From the NCBI RefSeq assembly GCF_009914755.1, contig NC_060925.1: a stretch of DNA of 64,000 bases; one strand, given 5' to 3'. Every line of letters starts with the position of its first letter. The first letter of the stretch is position 1. Made by a program: the position numbers and the translations under genes. Below are positions 42,707 to 57,398 of the stretch, one piece after another. The notes under the pieces were generated by a model that saw nothing but the letters and a program-made list of their open reading frames with translations, did no database searches and was not told the origin of the DNA. The stretch is from the human T2T-CHM13v2.0 reference genome, Homo sapiens.

Positions 42707-44291
42707 GAATAAAAGAAATACTGAATGGATCTTCTGAATGCCAGACGTAGTCCTCCTCACCTCCACTGAGCAGTCACAACCCAGTTTTCACTTTAGTTGG
42801 GATAAGTCACTCTATCTATGCTGAGGTAATCATTTTGCCTGTTGATGCATTGGAATGGGGAGGCAAAAGTGGCCAGATATAGTGTCTTGACTTCAAGTTT
42901 AATGGAACCCTTGCTGGACCCATTGATGGGACAATTTCTTTTTTGAAACTTAGATCTTTAGAGTGACAGACTTGAGGTGAGATCAATAAGGCCAATGGTA
43001 AAAGAAAGTACTCCAATTTCTACTCCTGATACATGGACATCTGAATCTTGGCTCTAGGATAAACAGTGCTTATATTGGGACTAATTTTGAATATCATCCT
43101 GGAGGGCATTAGCTCATTTCAGCCAGTTTTAGCCACCCTGCTTGTGTATAATTAATATGAAAAATGGCAGTCCGCCGTTTTACTGGGACAGTTACCTTAT
43201 GGTAATGGGAACATTGTAAAACCAGTGAACAACATAATTATCAAGTTTATTGTCACACTTCACCTGATGAGATATTAATTCTTTGATCAGAAATTTTGCT
43301 GTGTGTAATACTAAGATATTGAATGAGGTGTTTTGTAAGTCCAATAACTGGTTTTAACAGAAAGTTTGGGTCAGAGGAGGCACATCCAAGAGCAAAGTAA
43401 TTGCCTATTCCAGAGAGAATGATCCGCTGTCCCTTCTGTGATAGAGTTGCTCTACCAGGATCAACCTGCCAAGAGGAAGCTGGCTGACCCCACTTGATAA
43501 TAGTATGATATGGACTCAGTCAGGGTTGTTTCCTGATACTGACAAGCTGAGCACAGATCAGTGGATTTAGCTAGGGAGGCCTTGAAGATTATAAGGCATT
43601 TTGCTCAGTCTATATATAACGTTTACCTCTGACAGCATGGCTATTTTGTGTCTGAACCAATTAGGCAATAAAAGAGAGGACCGGAAAAAGTCTGATTGTC
43701 ATCCCCAGGGTGATTTATCTTGTTTATTTGTTCTTCCTTCTCTGCTGAAGTCATTCTTTCCTGAGTATTTACATGGAACACAAATATTTGGATAGTCTGC
43801 ACCCATTCTGAATGGTATGTGCCCATTCCTCTTTACTAGATCGTCTTTTTACCAAGTATTCTCTCTAAGTCATTGCCCATCAATTAGATCTACACCTCTG
43901 GCCATCTTTCCTTCCAGGTAAAATGTGCAACCAGATATACTGACCAAACTTCTGTCTTCTGAGAGGGATAAGCTGGTGCCCATCATTATGGAGCCATGCA
44001 CAGGCCTGGCTCAGAGTTCACATATGCTGATAAAGAATATCTGGCAGTTCAGGAGAATTTGCAGACCAGCTGCTGCCCTACACCAACAAGGATGGCTAGC
44101 AGATCAGTGATAATGTGTAAGTCAAAGGCACTTGGCATAACACTTACCTTTAGAGCATAAAGTGACTGCTTTTCCAGTTCTGCCTTGGAAATTTCAGAAA
44201 TTTATCTCATGGAAAACTTCTCTTGGAAATATTCAGGGAAGATAATTCTGGGAAATTCAGGTAAAGTTCAGTGCCTTGCCAGTATAGAATT

Positions 44292-44511
44292 GGAAGCTTC
44301 AGTTTCTTGCTTGTTACAGGTCAGAGGCTGTCCTCAGTTCCAAGAGGCTGCTCACATTTTGTTTGCTAAGGTATGTTCCCAAACATAGGCATTTGCTTAT
44401 GTAAAGCCCATAAGGGAGAGAGAGCAAGATAGTGAGAAAGTAAGACAGAGAGAGAGACTCTCCAGTAAAACGGGCATTACATTCTTTCTCATGTAACATA
44501 ATCAAATCACA

Positions 44512-44561
<50 letters not shown>

Positions 44562-44668
44562 ATTATGTATATTCTGCCATATTCTGTTGTAAGGAGTGGG
44601 GATCACAGAAGGGCATCAATACCAGGAGTGAGAGATCATCAGTCCTCCGTCAGAGTGTGTCTGCCACA
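44292..44668 (-). mobile_element. MLT1E/F-like LTR containing a (CA)n
   Basis: CTTCAGTTTCTTGC...CCTCAGTTCC...CTGCCATATTCTGTTG...AAGGGCATCAATACCAGGAG...CTGCCACA. Confidence 0.65.
44515..44559. repeat. (AC)22 microsatellite
   Basis: Pure AC run. Confidence 0.95.
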
Positions 44669-45454
44669 TCAAGGTAGTTCCACTATTGTATAATAATAAC
44701 TAAAGACCACCATGACTCAACTGTTATACAAATTTGAAGACCACTAATAACATTCTTAGGTGCTCAAACCAAAATATTAAATCTTTAATCCTGAAGAAGT
44801 GCTTCCATATCAGTAAATATAGCCCAATGAAGCTTTATATTTGATCTGTTGTGATGCTATACCCTTCGACTCTGCCCCCACACACAGACATTCCAGACTT
44901 TTCCCGTTACTGTCAGGGGAAGTATTTTACATGTTGTGTGAATAAACATAAAAACAGGTAAGGCTACTCAAGCATATGGGACTATTTGATACAGAGACTA
45001 ACTTCCCCTGGAGCAGGCCATAGACTTTCCTGACTGAGCTGTGCTAATAACTAACTCTTGTTATAGGTAGGTCTGAGCACAAAGGGAAATAGTGAAGTTC
45101 AATTTTGAAGAAATTTAGCATCAGCTTGTGAAGGTATCTGTCCTAGGGTTACCTTTGAGATAATTTTATTAATTTGTTTAATTAGCAGGTAAGTAATCAA
45201 TTAATATGTTTGTTTTAATTAATGTCAGAGATATTTAAAACTAAAATAATATACAGAAAATGGCTTCCTTTCCCACTAGGGTGTTCAGTGATATTTGTTG
45301 ATTGAAACTTCTCAATTATGTGTCTCTCATTTGAGAACTCTATTCTTTACTGCTACTGTCTCTATGTTGCCTGGAAATGTTAAGATATAATTCTGTGATT
45401 CTCAAAATTAAGTTTTAGACTTTGTAATCACTCACTTTTTTTGGTAAATATTAG

Positions 45455-45802
<348 letters not shown>

Positions 45803-46324
45803 TAAAAAGTGCCATGGAAGCTTTCTGATTTTTCTTTTACTCTGATTTCTGCATTCAGATTTCAGTGTTTCCTTTTATTTCTAAGGCAATTAGAAGAAAC
45901 AAACTGATGACAAAGTCTTCATCAAGTCTGTTTTAGTGTTGTCTCCACGTACTAGAACCATTTTTTCTATTAAGACCCTGCCTTCAATCTGGATTTTATC
46001 ATACAACAGCGTAGACAAACAGTTTTAGGAACCTTGATATTACTGAATGACACAGATTACTGGAATTTTATTTACAGATAGCAAGGAGGTTTTTCCATGT
46101 CAATCAAAATTTTTAAATTGCATTTCAAAGACATGTTTTTCAAAGTCAATTCTTGCATTACCATGATTGCTTCAGAAAAGAAGCACATACTGAAATTGAA
46201 AAGGTAAAGAGTTTAAGAAAGAGATAATTTACATAGCTGTGGAAATCTTTAAGGACACCAAAAAAAAGCTCAGAAAAATAGTGTCACTATCAGAGAGGAA
46301 GTATTACCATCCCTAGGCCTAGAA

Positions 46325-46536
46325 CAGTTCTCAAAAGAGAGGATTTTGCCTGGATGAGACATGTAGTATCTAGACATTTTTTAATGTACAGTTGGTGGGG
46401 AGGATTGTACTACTGAAGTATGATCTGTAATGGCCAAGGATGTTGCTAAACATCCTACAACGCACAGAACAGCTTCTCGCAGAGCAAAGAATTACCTGTT
46501 CAAAAATGTCAATAATGCCAAGTTTGAGATAACGTG
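46325..46536. mobile_element. MER20 (hAT-Charlie)
   Basis: TTCTCAA...GATTTTGCC...GGCCAAGGATGTTGCTAAACATCCTACAACGCACAG...CAAAAATGTCAATAATGCCAAG. Confidence 0.85.
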
Positions 46537-48219
46537 GCATAAGAAGATAAAAGTTAGGGAAGCCTAATTTAAGAAATTTGAGAAGAGTACCTCTAGCAAG
46601 GAATGCCTGAAATTATGCAAGTATTTCAAAATTAACTGGCAGAACAAGAGTGAAGGGAATAAAATCTCGATACATTTTTTCCATTGCTTTTCTATTCCTT
46701 GCCTATGACTCCAGATAGGAGAACTCAATTGTATATTATATAACAAGGAAGCTGTGTTGACATTGTTCATAGAGTTTAGCCTCTTGAGAAACAGATGATA
46801 ATGAGGTCAGGTAGAGGATGAATCTGGAGTGGCAAAATGGAAGAAATTTACTTTATTAATATGGCTTTAGAGTATACATATCTATCGAGGAAAGGAGTAT
46901 AAATAGAAAAACAAATAGATGACAGGATAAGATTTTGAGGAATAATATATAAGTGGAGAGTAAACTGAACTTTACAAAATATCAAATAGTTAAGCGAAGA
47001 TATGCAAGGAAATCCAAAATACTTTTTCTAATGCCAAAACCACAAATCTAGATGGGTAGTCCAAATGAAAAACAACATGTTTCACTTTTCTTTCTTTTTT
47101 TGCCTTTTTTTTCTTAAATTTGGCTGTGTGTATACGCTACCCAACACCCTCAGACATTTTGCCTTGCGTAGACATTTGGTTTCCTATAAATCAGTAGCTT
47201 TCAAATTGTTTTCACTGGATAGCAAAACACTCTTTACGGAATACTCAAATCACATTCCCCCAAAAACAAATGAAAGCAAAATCAGCATAAAGAAAATATA
47301 TCTTTAGGCTAAATATTTTTTAAATAGAGCACTCACATTATTTTCATTTTTCTCTCCTTGGCCAAGAGTTTTAAAACCATGGAGAATCATCATATGAATG
47401 ACATCTAAGTAGAACACTTGCGGCTTTTGAGTCTTATCTCTTTGGAAGCACTGAATGTGCCATGAATATATGATGAAGGGAAATAACTGTTTGCAAAACA
47501 AATTTTCTTTCTATATGCACACTTTGAGAGTAATAAAGCAACTATGAAAACTAAAAATATGAGGACCTTAGGTCATTAAAAAATGCTGTGACAATAACAT
47601 AAACACATGTTTTCAATAACCCAAAATTACAGGCACTATTTCAAAATCAACTTTATTAATGTTTCAGTATATCAGTTTTGTGTTATGTGCACACACTTTG
47701 CATTTGCTTATGACATTGAGCAATTTTAGTGAAATCATTTCATTTATATGCATGTCCACCATTTACTTGCAAATGTGAACTGAGGTGTCTTATGAACATC
47801 TGAAGTCTGTATTTAGGGAAAAATAACATCTGTTTAAAAGAGAAGCTTCACAAATGCTTCAAGGGATTTAAGATTAGACCATTTTGTGGTCTTTGCAGAG
47901 TCAACAGTTAAAATATATGCGTGCATATGTGGGATATTTTGTATCTTGTTTTAATGTCAAAGAAGGAGAGCGCAAGAGAAAGAGACAGAGAAGCTCTTGA
48001 AAAAAGGAAAAATTATATTTGTTTGCAGATTCTGGTTTGTTATTCATAATGTATACATAATGGTAACTAGGAAGCACTGAGACATAAAAAGAATACTTAG
48101 ATTTACACAATTAACAGTTATTAGAAATTATTTAAGACTTCATATTTGTAGATATCTTTAATGAGACTAATTCACCAAGGAACACACCCTCATCATTTTG
48201 ATTGTGCTGTTAATTTAGG

Positions 48220-48746
48220 GTGTCTCTATAAACTCAACTATAGTAAATTTTTCCAGGAATTCTTGCTCAGGAAGAATAAACTGTAAACCAGTAAATAACT
48301 TCATTGCTTGTGTTGGAAACTGCTTAAAAGTCAATTTATCTAACTGTTCAAATAGCCACATGCTTATGACAACAGATTGATGGTGTGGAAAAACAGCATA
48401 CATCTCATAATAACAGATCTTTTAACTGGGCAAACCTTTTACTGATCAAAACCAGTTTACACATCAAGATTCACTTTAAGCTTCTCTCAGCACTGTGTCC
48501 ACTCATCATAGACTCTTACTAGGAATTTTTGGCCAACCATAATCAGATCCCCAAATTAGAACACTTGACTAAAACCACTCTTACACAGAACCCCAAACTC
48601 TGTAATACATGTTGATATTCCCTTTCTGAGTCACTGAAACACTCCATTTAGGTGATGCTCGTCTTTATTGCAGGAGGCAAGAAACCCAGTTTTGCTTGAT
48701 CAATAGGTTATTCTAGTCATCTCTTGGGGATTCAATAGTTGAAACA
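48220..48746 (+). mobile_element. ERV1-class solo LTR (MER67/MER31-like, uncertain)
   Basis: CCCTTTCTGAG...AAACCCAGTTTTGCTTGATCAATAGGTTATTCT...GTTGAAACA LTR-type 3' end. Confidence 0.45.
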
Positions 48747-49279
48747 GACAAGGTAGTGTATTATACTATAGAGCAGAGTTTACACATATTTTCTATATGG
48801 CTATCTATTTTTTGTTTTTTGGTTATCAATGCTTTTCATAGACATTAGAAAACCATCAGTTACACATCATTGAATTATTAATTTAAAAATTAGGAATAAA
48901 TTCTACCCATCTTCAGTAGATTTCAAAATTGGGAAAATCATGCATATGTTTGCATTTTCCTTAGGGAAGTCAAACAAATGTTACTTACATTTAGGTACAA
49001 TTAAATTACAAAACTTGAAAAATGGTCACAAGAAATTCTGGTGTATTATGACCCATTTAAGGTTCAGTGGGAAATAGTCACCACTGTCAAGCATGTAGGA
49101 AACTCTGCTTCACACCTAGTTTCTGGGAAACAACATGAAGATCCAAGAAACAGAAAAAAAAAAGTATGAATATATAGGCATTAAAGCCACCTTTACAAAG
49201 AATGAACTTTAGAGAAGCAATTTGGCATGCATAAATGGCCTTGGGTCAGGTTTGAAGTGATCAAATTACACTTAAAATG

Positions 49280-49660
49280 TGTGTTAACAATGTGAGATTA
49301 TAGGATGCCCCATGACATTTGACCAGGGCAGCCTAGTATTTCTGTGAGCCTGACTTAACTTTACTGTTCTTTTCCTGAATAAGGTCCTCTACCTCCCTTT
49401 CCTTAGAGCACTAACTTTAGATAATTTTGAGCTGTAACTTTTTTCTTTTCTGCTTTGTGATGTAAATCTACTTCTAGCTTCTGGTCAATTTCAAAACCCA
49501 GGAATGTCTTTCTCAAGGGCCTGAGAACCATCCCTGTGAAATGTAATCAGCAAGGCTATCTCCAGCTTTCTATGGTTGGATAGAAGCCCAATTTCTATAA
49601 GCAACAATTGGCAATTACTAATGAGCCAGGCACAGAGAAAAACATTGGTAAACTCAGAAT
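49280..49660 (+). mobile_element. ERV1 MER4-group LTR fragment (MER34/MER39-like, uncertain)
   Basis: CCTTAGAGCA...ACCCAGGAATGTCTTTCTCAAGGGCCTGAGAACCATCCCTGTGAAATGTAATCA. Confidence 0.55.
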
Positions 49661-51142
49661 TAATGGCGAAATTAACAGCAAATCAGTGTTTTTCTTTTGC
49701 TTATAAAATTCTGTAAGAGGAGACTTTTGAAAACACATGTAAACAGTAGAAAATCAAAGCTGTTTTATGCATCATAGAACATTAAAAAAATCTCAAACTC
49801 CATTAAATTCTAAAAAAACTGTTTACTCATGAATCAATAGATCCAATAGATCAATAGGAGATAGTAGATGGAGGGCTTGAATTGTATAACATTACATACA
49901 ATTTTGCTGTGAATATATTTCCCTCTTTCCAAATTTCCCCTGAATGTCCCATATTCTTCTTTGACTGTCCTGAAGGTCATTCTCTCAATTCTCTCTTTCC
50001 AGGATCTGTTTCTCACACCTATACTCATTACCCTCATCTTCTTAAGAATAATTATTGAAGGAGTTCTAGTTCTTTCTTATGTAAATTTAAGAGTTAGCCA
50101 TATTGCCTTTTCTTTATTTTACTGATTGGACCAACGATGGTGTAAGAGTAAGATACACAAAACAACCATGTAAGGAAGACTTTGGACTCACAACACTGTG
50201 AATAATTGTTCTTAATATTTTTTAGTTATCAAATAAACAATTCCTTTTTATTGAATATTCATTTAATAGGTTCTCATAAATAGAATATTCACATTTATGA
50301 TGCTAAATGTATGATTTACAATTGTAACATATCTTCCTTTGATAGTATAGTGAAAATAAAGAGGTGCCAAAATTGTGAACAAATTTTGTCAGTAAGAAAA
50401 TAATTGAGATAATATAGCAATGAGAAAATAAATATGGACAAGTTTGGGTGCTACATATTTTACTAGAAAAGACACTTATTGATTATAAGTGTTACCTAAG
50501 TTTCTAATTGTGCCACTTCCACAAGTTTCTCCTCATTGTAAAGCATCTTATACATTCCTGCCAGTGATGTTAACAAAGCAGAACTCAGATACCATGATAT
50601 CCCATTTCAAAAAATTGGTGTGATGCATCAAGATAACAAAATGCTATAAAATACTTGAAAATCCACATTTAATAGTATGAGTAATAAAATGACACATGCT
50701 ACTAATATAATTTAAGTAACTAAAAACATCAAGATAAAAATAATATATTTACACGATCTCATTTTGCATTGCAAGAAATGTCTGTAAAAATACATAAAAA
50801 TAACTAGCATTTACCTGTGTTCAGTAAAATTTTAAGTAATATTTACTTTACTCATTATTCTTAAATGTGCTTTCAAATGTTGTACAATGATCATGTCTTT
50901 TATTGCCACAATTTTTTTTTCTTTTTAGACAATAAATATTACTATTAAAATGAAGGGAAACTACAACAAACTAAACAAACCAAACTAAACAAAAATTATG
51001 GTGACAATGAGAACACAAATATTAAATAATAGATTTTATTTGTATTTTCACAGAATGTATACTCCAAAGTTATATTTTTTAAGCCCTCCAAATAACACTG
51101 GATATAAATGGGGCTATGTCAACAACATGTGTGTGTGTGTAT

Positions 51143-53826
51143 GTGTTATGAAAATAAAAAAGAAGACTCAAATTAGGACAAACAGAAATTGTTTTTTCAG
51201 AGTTTGCTACAGCAAGAGAGTTGGCTACAGCCACTGTCCTTTGAATTAGGAAAGAGATTAAAAATCATGCAGGGAGTGTATTTGTTCGTTTTTACACTGC
51301 TGATAAAGACATACCCAAGACTGGCGAGAAAAAGAGTTTATTGGACTCACGGTTCCACATGGCCAAGGAGAACTCACAATCATGGCAGAAGGCAAGGAGG
51401 AGCAAGTCACGTCATACATGGATGGCAGCAGGCAAAAAGAGAGCTTGTGCAGGGAAACTCCATCTGAAAAAAAGTCAAGTCTCATGAGACTTACTCACTG
51501 CCAGGAGAACAGCATGAGAAAGACCTGCTCCTATGATACAATTACCTCCTGCCGGGTCCCTCCCACAACATGAGGGAATTCAAGATGAGATTTGATGGAA
51601 ACACAGCCAAATTATATCATTCTGCCCCTTGCCCCTCTCAAATCTCATGTCCTCACATTTCAAAACCAATCATGCCTTCCCAACAGTCCCCCAAAGTCTT
51701 AACTCGTTTCAGCCTTAACTCAAAAGTTCACAGTCCAAAGCTCATCTGAGACACGGCAAGTCCCTTCTGCCTATGAGCTTATAAAATCAGAAGCAAGTTA
51801 CTTACTTCCTAGGTACAATGGGGCTACAGACATTGGGTAAATACAGTCATCCTAAATGGGAGAAATTGGCCAAAACAAAGGGGTTACAGGCCCCAGTCTG
51901 AAATCTAGCAGGGCAGTCAAATCTTAAAGTTCCCAAATGATCTCCTTTGACTCCATGTCCCACACCCAGGTCATGCTGATAGAGAAGGGGTTTTCATGGT
52001 CCTGAGCAGGTCTGCCCCTGTGACATTGCAGGGTACAGCCTCCCTCCTAGCTGTTTTCATGGGCTGGCATTGAATATCTGCAGCTTTTCCAGGTACACGG
52101 TGCAAGATATCAGCGGATCTACTATCCTGGGCTCTGTAAAATGGTGGCCTTCTTCTTACAGCTCCACTAGGCAGTGCCCCAGCAGGGACTCTTTGTGTGG
52201 GTGCCCATTCCACATTTCCCTTTTGCACTGTCCTAGCAGAGGTTCTCCATGAGCAACTGTCCCTGCAGCAAACTTCTGCCTGGACATCCAGGTATTTCCA
52301 TACATCCTCTGAAATCTAGGCAGAGGTTCCCAAACCCCAATTCTTGACTTTTGTGCACCCGAAGGTTAAACACCACATAGAAGCTGCCAAGGCTTGAGGC
52401 TTGCACCCTCTAAAGCCACTGCCTAAACTATACCTTGGCCCCTTTTAGTAATGGCTAGAATGGCTGGGACGCAGGACACCAAGTCTCTAGACTGCACACA
52501 GCAGAGGGACCCTGAGCCCAGCATATGACACCATTTTTTTCCTCCTAGGCCTCTGGGCCTGTGATGGGAAGGCCTGCTGCAAAAGTATCTCAAATGCCCT
52601 GGAGATATTTTCACCATTGTCTTGGTAACTAACCAACATTACCCTCTGTGTTACTTAGGCAAATTTCTGCATCTGGCTTGAATTTCTCCTCATAAAATGG
52701 TAATTTCTTTTCTATTCCATTGTTAGGCAGCAGATTTTCTGAACTTTTATGCTCTGTTTCTCTTTTAAAGCTGAATGCCTTTAATAGTACTCAAGTCACC
52801 TGTTGAATGCTTTGCTGCTTAGAAATGTTTTCCACCAGATACTCTAAATCATTTCTCTCAAGTTCAAAGTTCCACAAAATCCTAGGGCAGGGCAAAATGC
52901 CACCAGTCTCTTTCCTAAAACATAACAAGAGTCACCTTTGCTCCAGTTTCCAACAAATTCCTCATCTCCATCTGAGACCACCTCAGCCAGAATTTCATTG
53001 TCCATATCATCATCAGCATTTTGGTCAAAGCTATTCAACAAGTCTCTAGGGAGTTCCAAACTTTTCAGATTTTCCTGTCCTCTGAGTTTTTCAAACTGTT
53101 CCAACCCCTACCTGTTACCCAGGTCTGAAGTCAATTCCCTATTTTTGGTTATCTACAGCAGCACCCCAATCCCAGTACCAATTTACTATATTAGTCCATT
53201 TTCATGCTGTTGATAAAGACATACATGAAACTGGGAAGAAAAAGAGGTTTAATGAGCTTACAATTCTATGTGGCTGGAGAGGCCTCACAATCATGGTGGA
53301 AGGCAAGGGGAAGCAAGTCACATCTTACATGGATGGCAACAAGCAAAAAGAGAGCATCTGCAGGTAAACTTCCCCTTTAAAACCATCAGCTCTCATGAGA
53401 CTTATTCACTATCATGAGAAAAACAAGGGAAAGACCTACCCCCATGATTCAATTTCCTTCCACCAGGTTCCTCTTACAACACATGAGAATTCAAGATGAG
53501 AATTGGGTGGGGACACAGCCAAACCATATCACAGGGATAGGATAATTTTTAAAAAGGGATGGTTTTAGGTATACTCTGATTAGAGGTTATTGGCATAGGG
53601 AAGTCAAGGGTGGACTAATTAGAAGTGTGGATCTTATTTAATTAATTTGGTAATCCTATTTGACTTTTTCTGGTGGGCCTTAAGTTGGATACAGGTGCAA
53701 TACAAAAGAGAAACTGGCAGTCATTAATCGTTTCCTCATCATTTCAGTCAATGGCTACAGAGGTAGTGGATCAGAGTTCTATTGTTGTATATCATCTGCC
53801 ATTTTTAATTTGTGTGTTGAGTCTCT
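51143..53826 (-). mobile_element. ERV1-class LTR (51143-51276 and 53532-53826), split by the THE1A element
   Basis: TTGCTACAGCAAGAGAG left part continues as AGGTATACTCTGATTAGAGG...CCTTAAGTTGG...TCAGAGTTCTATT...GTCTC on the right. Confidence 0.55.
51277..53531 (-). mobile_element. Full-length THE1A MaLR retrotransposon: LTR 51277-51619, internal 51620-53186, LTR 53187-53531
   Basis: Two direct ~345-bp LTRs (TGATAAAGACATAC...GCAAGTCAC...ACAGCCAAA..ATATCA) around a ~1.57-kb THE1 internal; CAGGGA on both flanks. Confidence 0.95.
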
Positions 53827-54739
53827 TGGTCACCCCTTTTGATAATTCTCTCTCTTATGAGTTGCTTATCAGTGCAAAGATGGCCAGCATAAAATTCTGT
53901 CTCTTGTTTGACTGCACTCTAATTTATGATTTATAAAAGGGTAATAAGAAATTTTTGATAATGTACTCTGAATAAGTTAATATTATTAGATTTCATGTAT
54001 CAATGGAACAAGGGAATACAAGCTACAGTGTTCTCAACATAATTTTTATGCCTAATCAATTGAATATAAAATAGACTGATGGTTTAGCAAAATTGTACAA
54101 AATGAATTTTAAAAGGAGGTATTAGATTCTTGAATTTTTTTAACAACTCGTATTTTAATAAGAATTCCTAATTAGATATAAATGCTCTCAAAAGAAGGGT
54201 TATAGGTACTCAATTGTCCTTAAATATTCTGCTTTGAGGTTAGGGGGCTATATTAATATCTCATCTTTTCCCTTTCATCTATCTGTTCCCTTGTGTAGAT
54301 AATGATCTGCCTTATTTTTGTCCTAGAAAACACAAATTCTTCTTTACACCTTACTAATTGATGATCTGTAGGTAGAATGTGTGAAAACACAGAACTTAGC
54401 AAGGAGGAAAGGGAAAGAGGAGAGTATAAATATGAGTCATCCCAATGATCACCTCCACCCCATAACCAGCATCATCTGGCATCTTGTGTACCATTCTTAG
54501 CTTGAGAGGCATCTTAAATTTGTATCTGTATATAAATATTCACAGCAAACTCATTGACAGTAAATACTCTCTTAAATATAGATGAATCTTACCTTTTTTA
54601 TTTATAATTAAATGCAATATGATCACCAATGTGTACTTTTTCCTTTAGCGTTCAAAATACATAAAACAGAAGCAGATATGAGTATGAGATTAAAATGTTT
54701 TCTTGTCTGTGTATTGTATATGCAGCCCTAACCTCTTCC

Positions 54740-55922
54740 ATAAGCTCAATAGCCATAAAAAACTCACTCCTTGACGTCTTCATCATGTTGGCTAAGATGT
54801 TTCTCAATATCTACATGTCCAAATTTGAGTTTCCTAAAAGGATACTTCTAAATTTTCCCTTTCCACTAGACAGTGCCTTCATTCACCCAATATTTAAGCT
54901 AACATTTGTGAATTACACTTGAGTTCCCCTTTCATCTTCTCTCTTATATCCAGAAATATTTAGCAAGAATAGCAGGGACACCGAATAATAAGAAACTATG
55001 CTGACGTTTCTGATGATCAAGACGTTAATACTGCATTGGTGATGTGTTGAGATATCTGGAGTGTTCTGGGGAGAAAACTGAATGTGATGAGGGGAGGTAC
55101 TTGGGAAACTAAAGAGTGATTATTTACCAATTGGTACATATAAATGTTCCTATTTTTTTAAAACCTATCATAACTGATGACAAGTACTGGGTGAATATTG
55201 TTATTGGTATTCATTTCTCAAAAGTTTTTCTGGCTGGAATTGTATAAGACATCTTAAATCTCCACTTCTCCCATCATTATGGACACCACCCTACTCAACC
55301 CAATTATTGTCTCTCATAGTCAGCTTCAATCCCTGCTGACCTTGTGGACATCTACCACAGAGTAGAGAGAGTAGTTTGTTAAAACTGTAAATCAGGTTAT
55401 ATCAGTCTCCTGACTGAAGGCACTCTATGACTTTTCTTTGAAGCCAGAATAAAATAAAAACTTTTACTTTGCCAGCACATTCCTTCATAATGTCAATCTG
55501 GTTTTGTTCCAAATTTTACATTCTATCATTGCCCTCTTGCTCACTATTATTCAGCCACACTAATCTTATTTCTCTTCTTAGATCAAAACAAATTTATTCC
55601 TATTTCATGACTTTTTGCACTTCCTTGTTTCCTTCAATGAACTGTTTCTCTACTTTCAAGGCTTACCCAAAATGTACAACTCAAGAAAACATCATTTGGA
55701 GCAACCCATGAGTTATTTTCTATCATATTATTGTTTGTTCCTTCATGTCATTTATCAAAATTTGAAATTATTATTTTACTTTTGTATTTTTATTTTTTAG
55801 TATCTATGTTTCTTAAGGGAGAATATAGACAAATTTAAGTGGGGGAACTTATATTATTCTTCACAACTCTACTCACAATGTATCCACACAGTAGAACCCC
55901 AATAAATTCTTGTTTAATAAAG
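54740..55922 (+). mobile_element. L2 fragments ending at the L2 3' terminus
   Basis: CTACATGTCCAAA, AAAACTGTAAATCAGGTTATATCA, TTCAGCCACAC, CACACAGTAG...CAATAAATTCTTGTT. Confidence 0.6.
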
Positions 55923-56597
55923 ATATGTTCCTTGTTCATAGCAGAAAAAAAGAAATCTTCTCACAACCTCCAAAATAAATTATGGTTTCTTCTTAGTGGA
56001 TAGTAAAGGTTGTTATCTTTTTTATTTCCACTTCCAGTACAAATTTTAGCAAGATTTTAGCATGATAAAATTACACTTGTGAGAAACAATTGAACAGATA
56101 TTAGCAGGGACAAGTGAGATAAAAATTAGGACACCTGGAATCTATACACAACATTGATTTTTAAATAGTGCCTAAACTACATGCAATTCTCCTTCAAAGA
56201 ATAATTATTCAGATTGAGTGACTATTCTGTGAATCAAAGTCTGTTCATCTGTCCCAAACGCATTGACTTTAGAAATGATTTTGAACATAGTTACGGAGAG
56301 TTATGAAGAAAAAGACAGCAAGGTTTCTGTCATAATGTTTAAAGCATTTGTAGCTCTATCCCTTTCTCCTCCATGCTGGATTTAAAAAGAAAAGAAAAAA
56401 GACTCACCGGGTTGGAAATATACGGCTTTATTATTCTACAACCCAGTGAAACATTTAAAAATCAATTATGGTTCTTTTTTTTTAGCACAAGAGAAGTTGA
56501 TACATTTTATAGATTGCCTTCTGTATTGCTTTTGAATAATTCACAGTGGCCATGTGTGGTAGAGCCACCTATACTTAGAGCTTACTCTGGGCCACTA

Positions 56598-56765
56598 ATT
56601 GTTCTCATTTAATCTTGATAATTATTTCACGACATTGATTAGAATAGTCAGTTGTACAAATGAGAGCTTGAGGTGCAGAAAGTTAGTTAAATCATTTAAT
56701 GTATACAGCTCTGAGTAATAGAGATGCATTTTTTTCTGACTTTTTTCTGACTATAAATGCTGTGT
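56598..56765 (-). mobile_element. MIR
   Basis: CTCATTTAATCTT...TACAAATGAG...TGAGGTGCAGAAAGTTAGTTAA. Confidence 0.6.
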
Positions 56766-57287
56766 CTTATTCATAAAAAATTGCTTATTTTTTCACCTAT
56801 AGGTATATGGTAACATGGCCTTTAGTACTTATTTATTAACTTTTTCTCTCTTTTTAATACTAAGCATCACTAGTCATCCTGTTATTTTAAAAAGAGTTAT
56901 CATTGTTAAGTTTTACAAGCATTTATTTCAGAATAAAATAATGTTAGCACTGAAAATGGACCTTTAAGAGAGTATAATTATAGTCCAGTAAAGGGAGTAT
57001 ATATTTGTAGGATATAATTTAAAAACAGTGTTCTAGAAACTATAAAATATATTCCTTATTGTAGGATATCTACTTCTAGAAATATAATCTGAAAGAAAAA
57101 TTTTAGGGACAAATTAAGTGTAATGATTTTATTGTATTACTACAGAAGAAAAATTTATGAAAATTTAAGTATAACCCACTAGTCAATAATCAATATAGGA
57201 TTTGTTAAGTGAATGATTGAATGTTGGGTAGTCTTGGAAAGTGTGCTTTTGAAGAGTACCTATTTACATGAAAAAAAGTTAACATAA

Positions 57288-57398
57288 TTTTTTAATTAAT
57301 TATTTCAAATTTTACTTTAAGTTCCGGGATACATGTGCAGAACATGCAGGTTTGTTACACAGGTATACATGTGCCATGATGGTTTGCTGCACCTATCA
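57288..57398 (-). mobile_element. Very short L1PA (PA7/8-like) 3' terminus
   Basis: TACTTTAAGTTCCGGGATACATGTGCAGAACATGCAGGTTTGTTACACAGGTATACATGTGCCATG. Confidence 0.9.

Noticed and set aside
51189-53213. Cluster of overlapping 60-92 aa ORFs
   Set aside because: They lie essentially within the THE1A LTRs and decayed internal region; higher GC explains the ORF density
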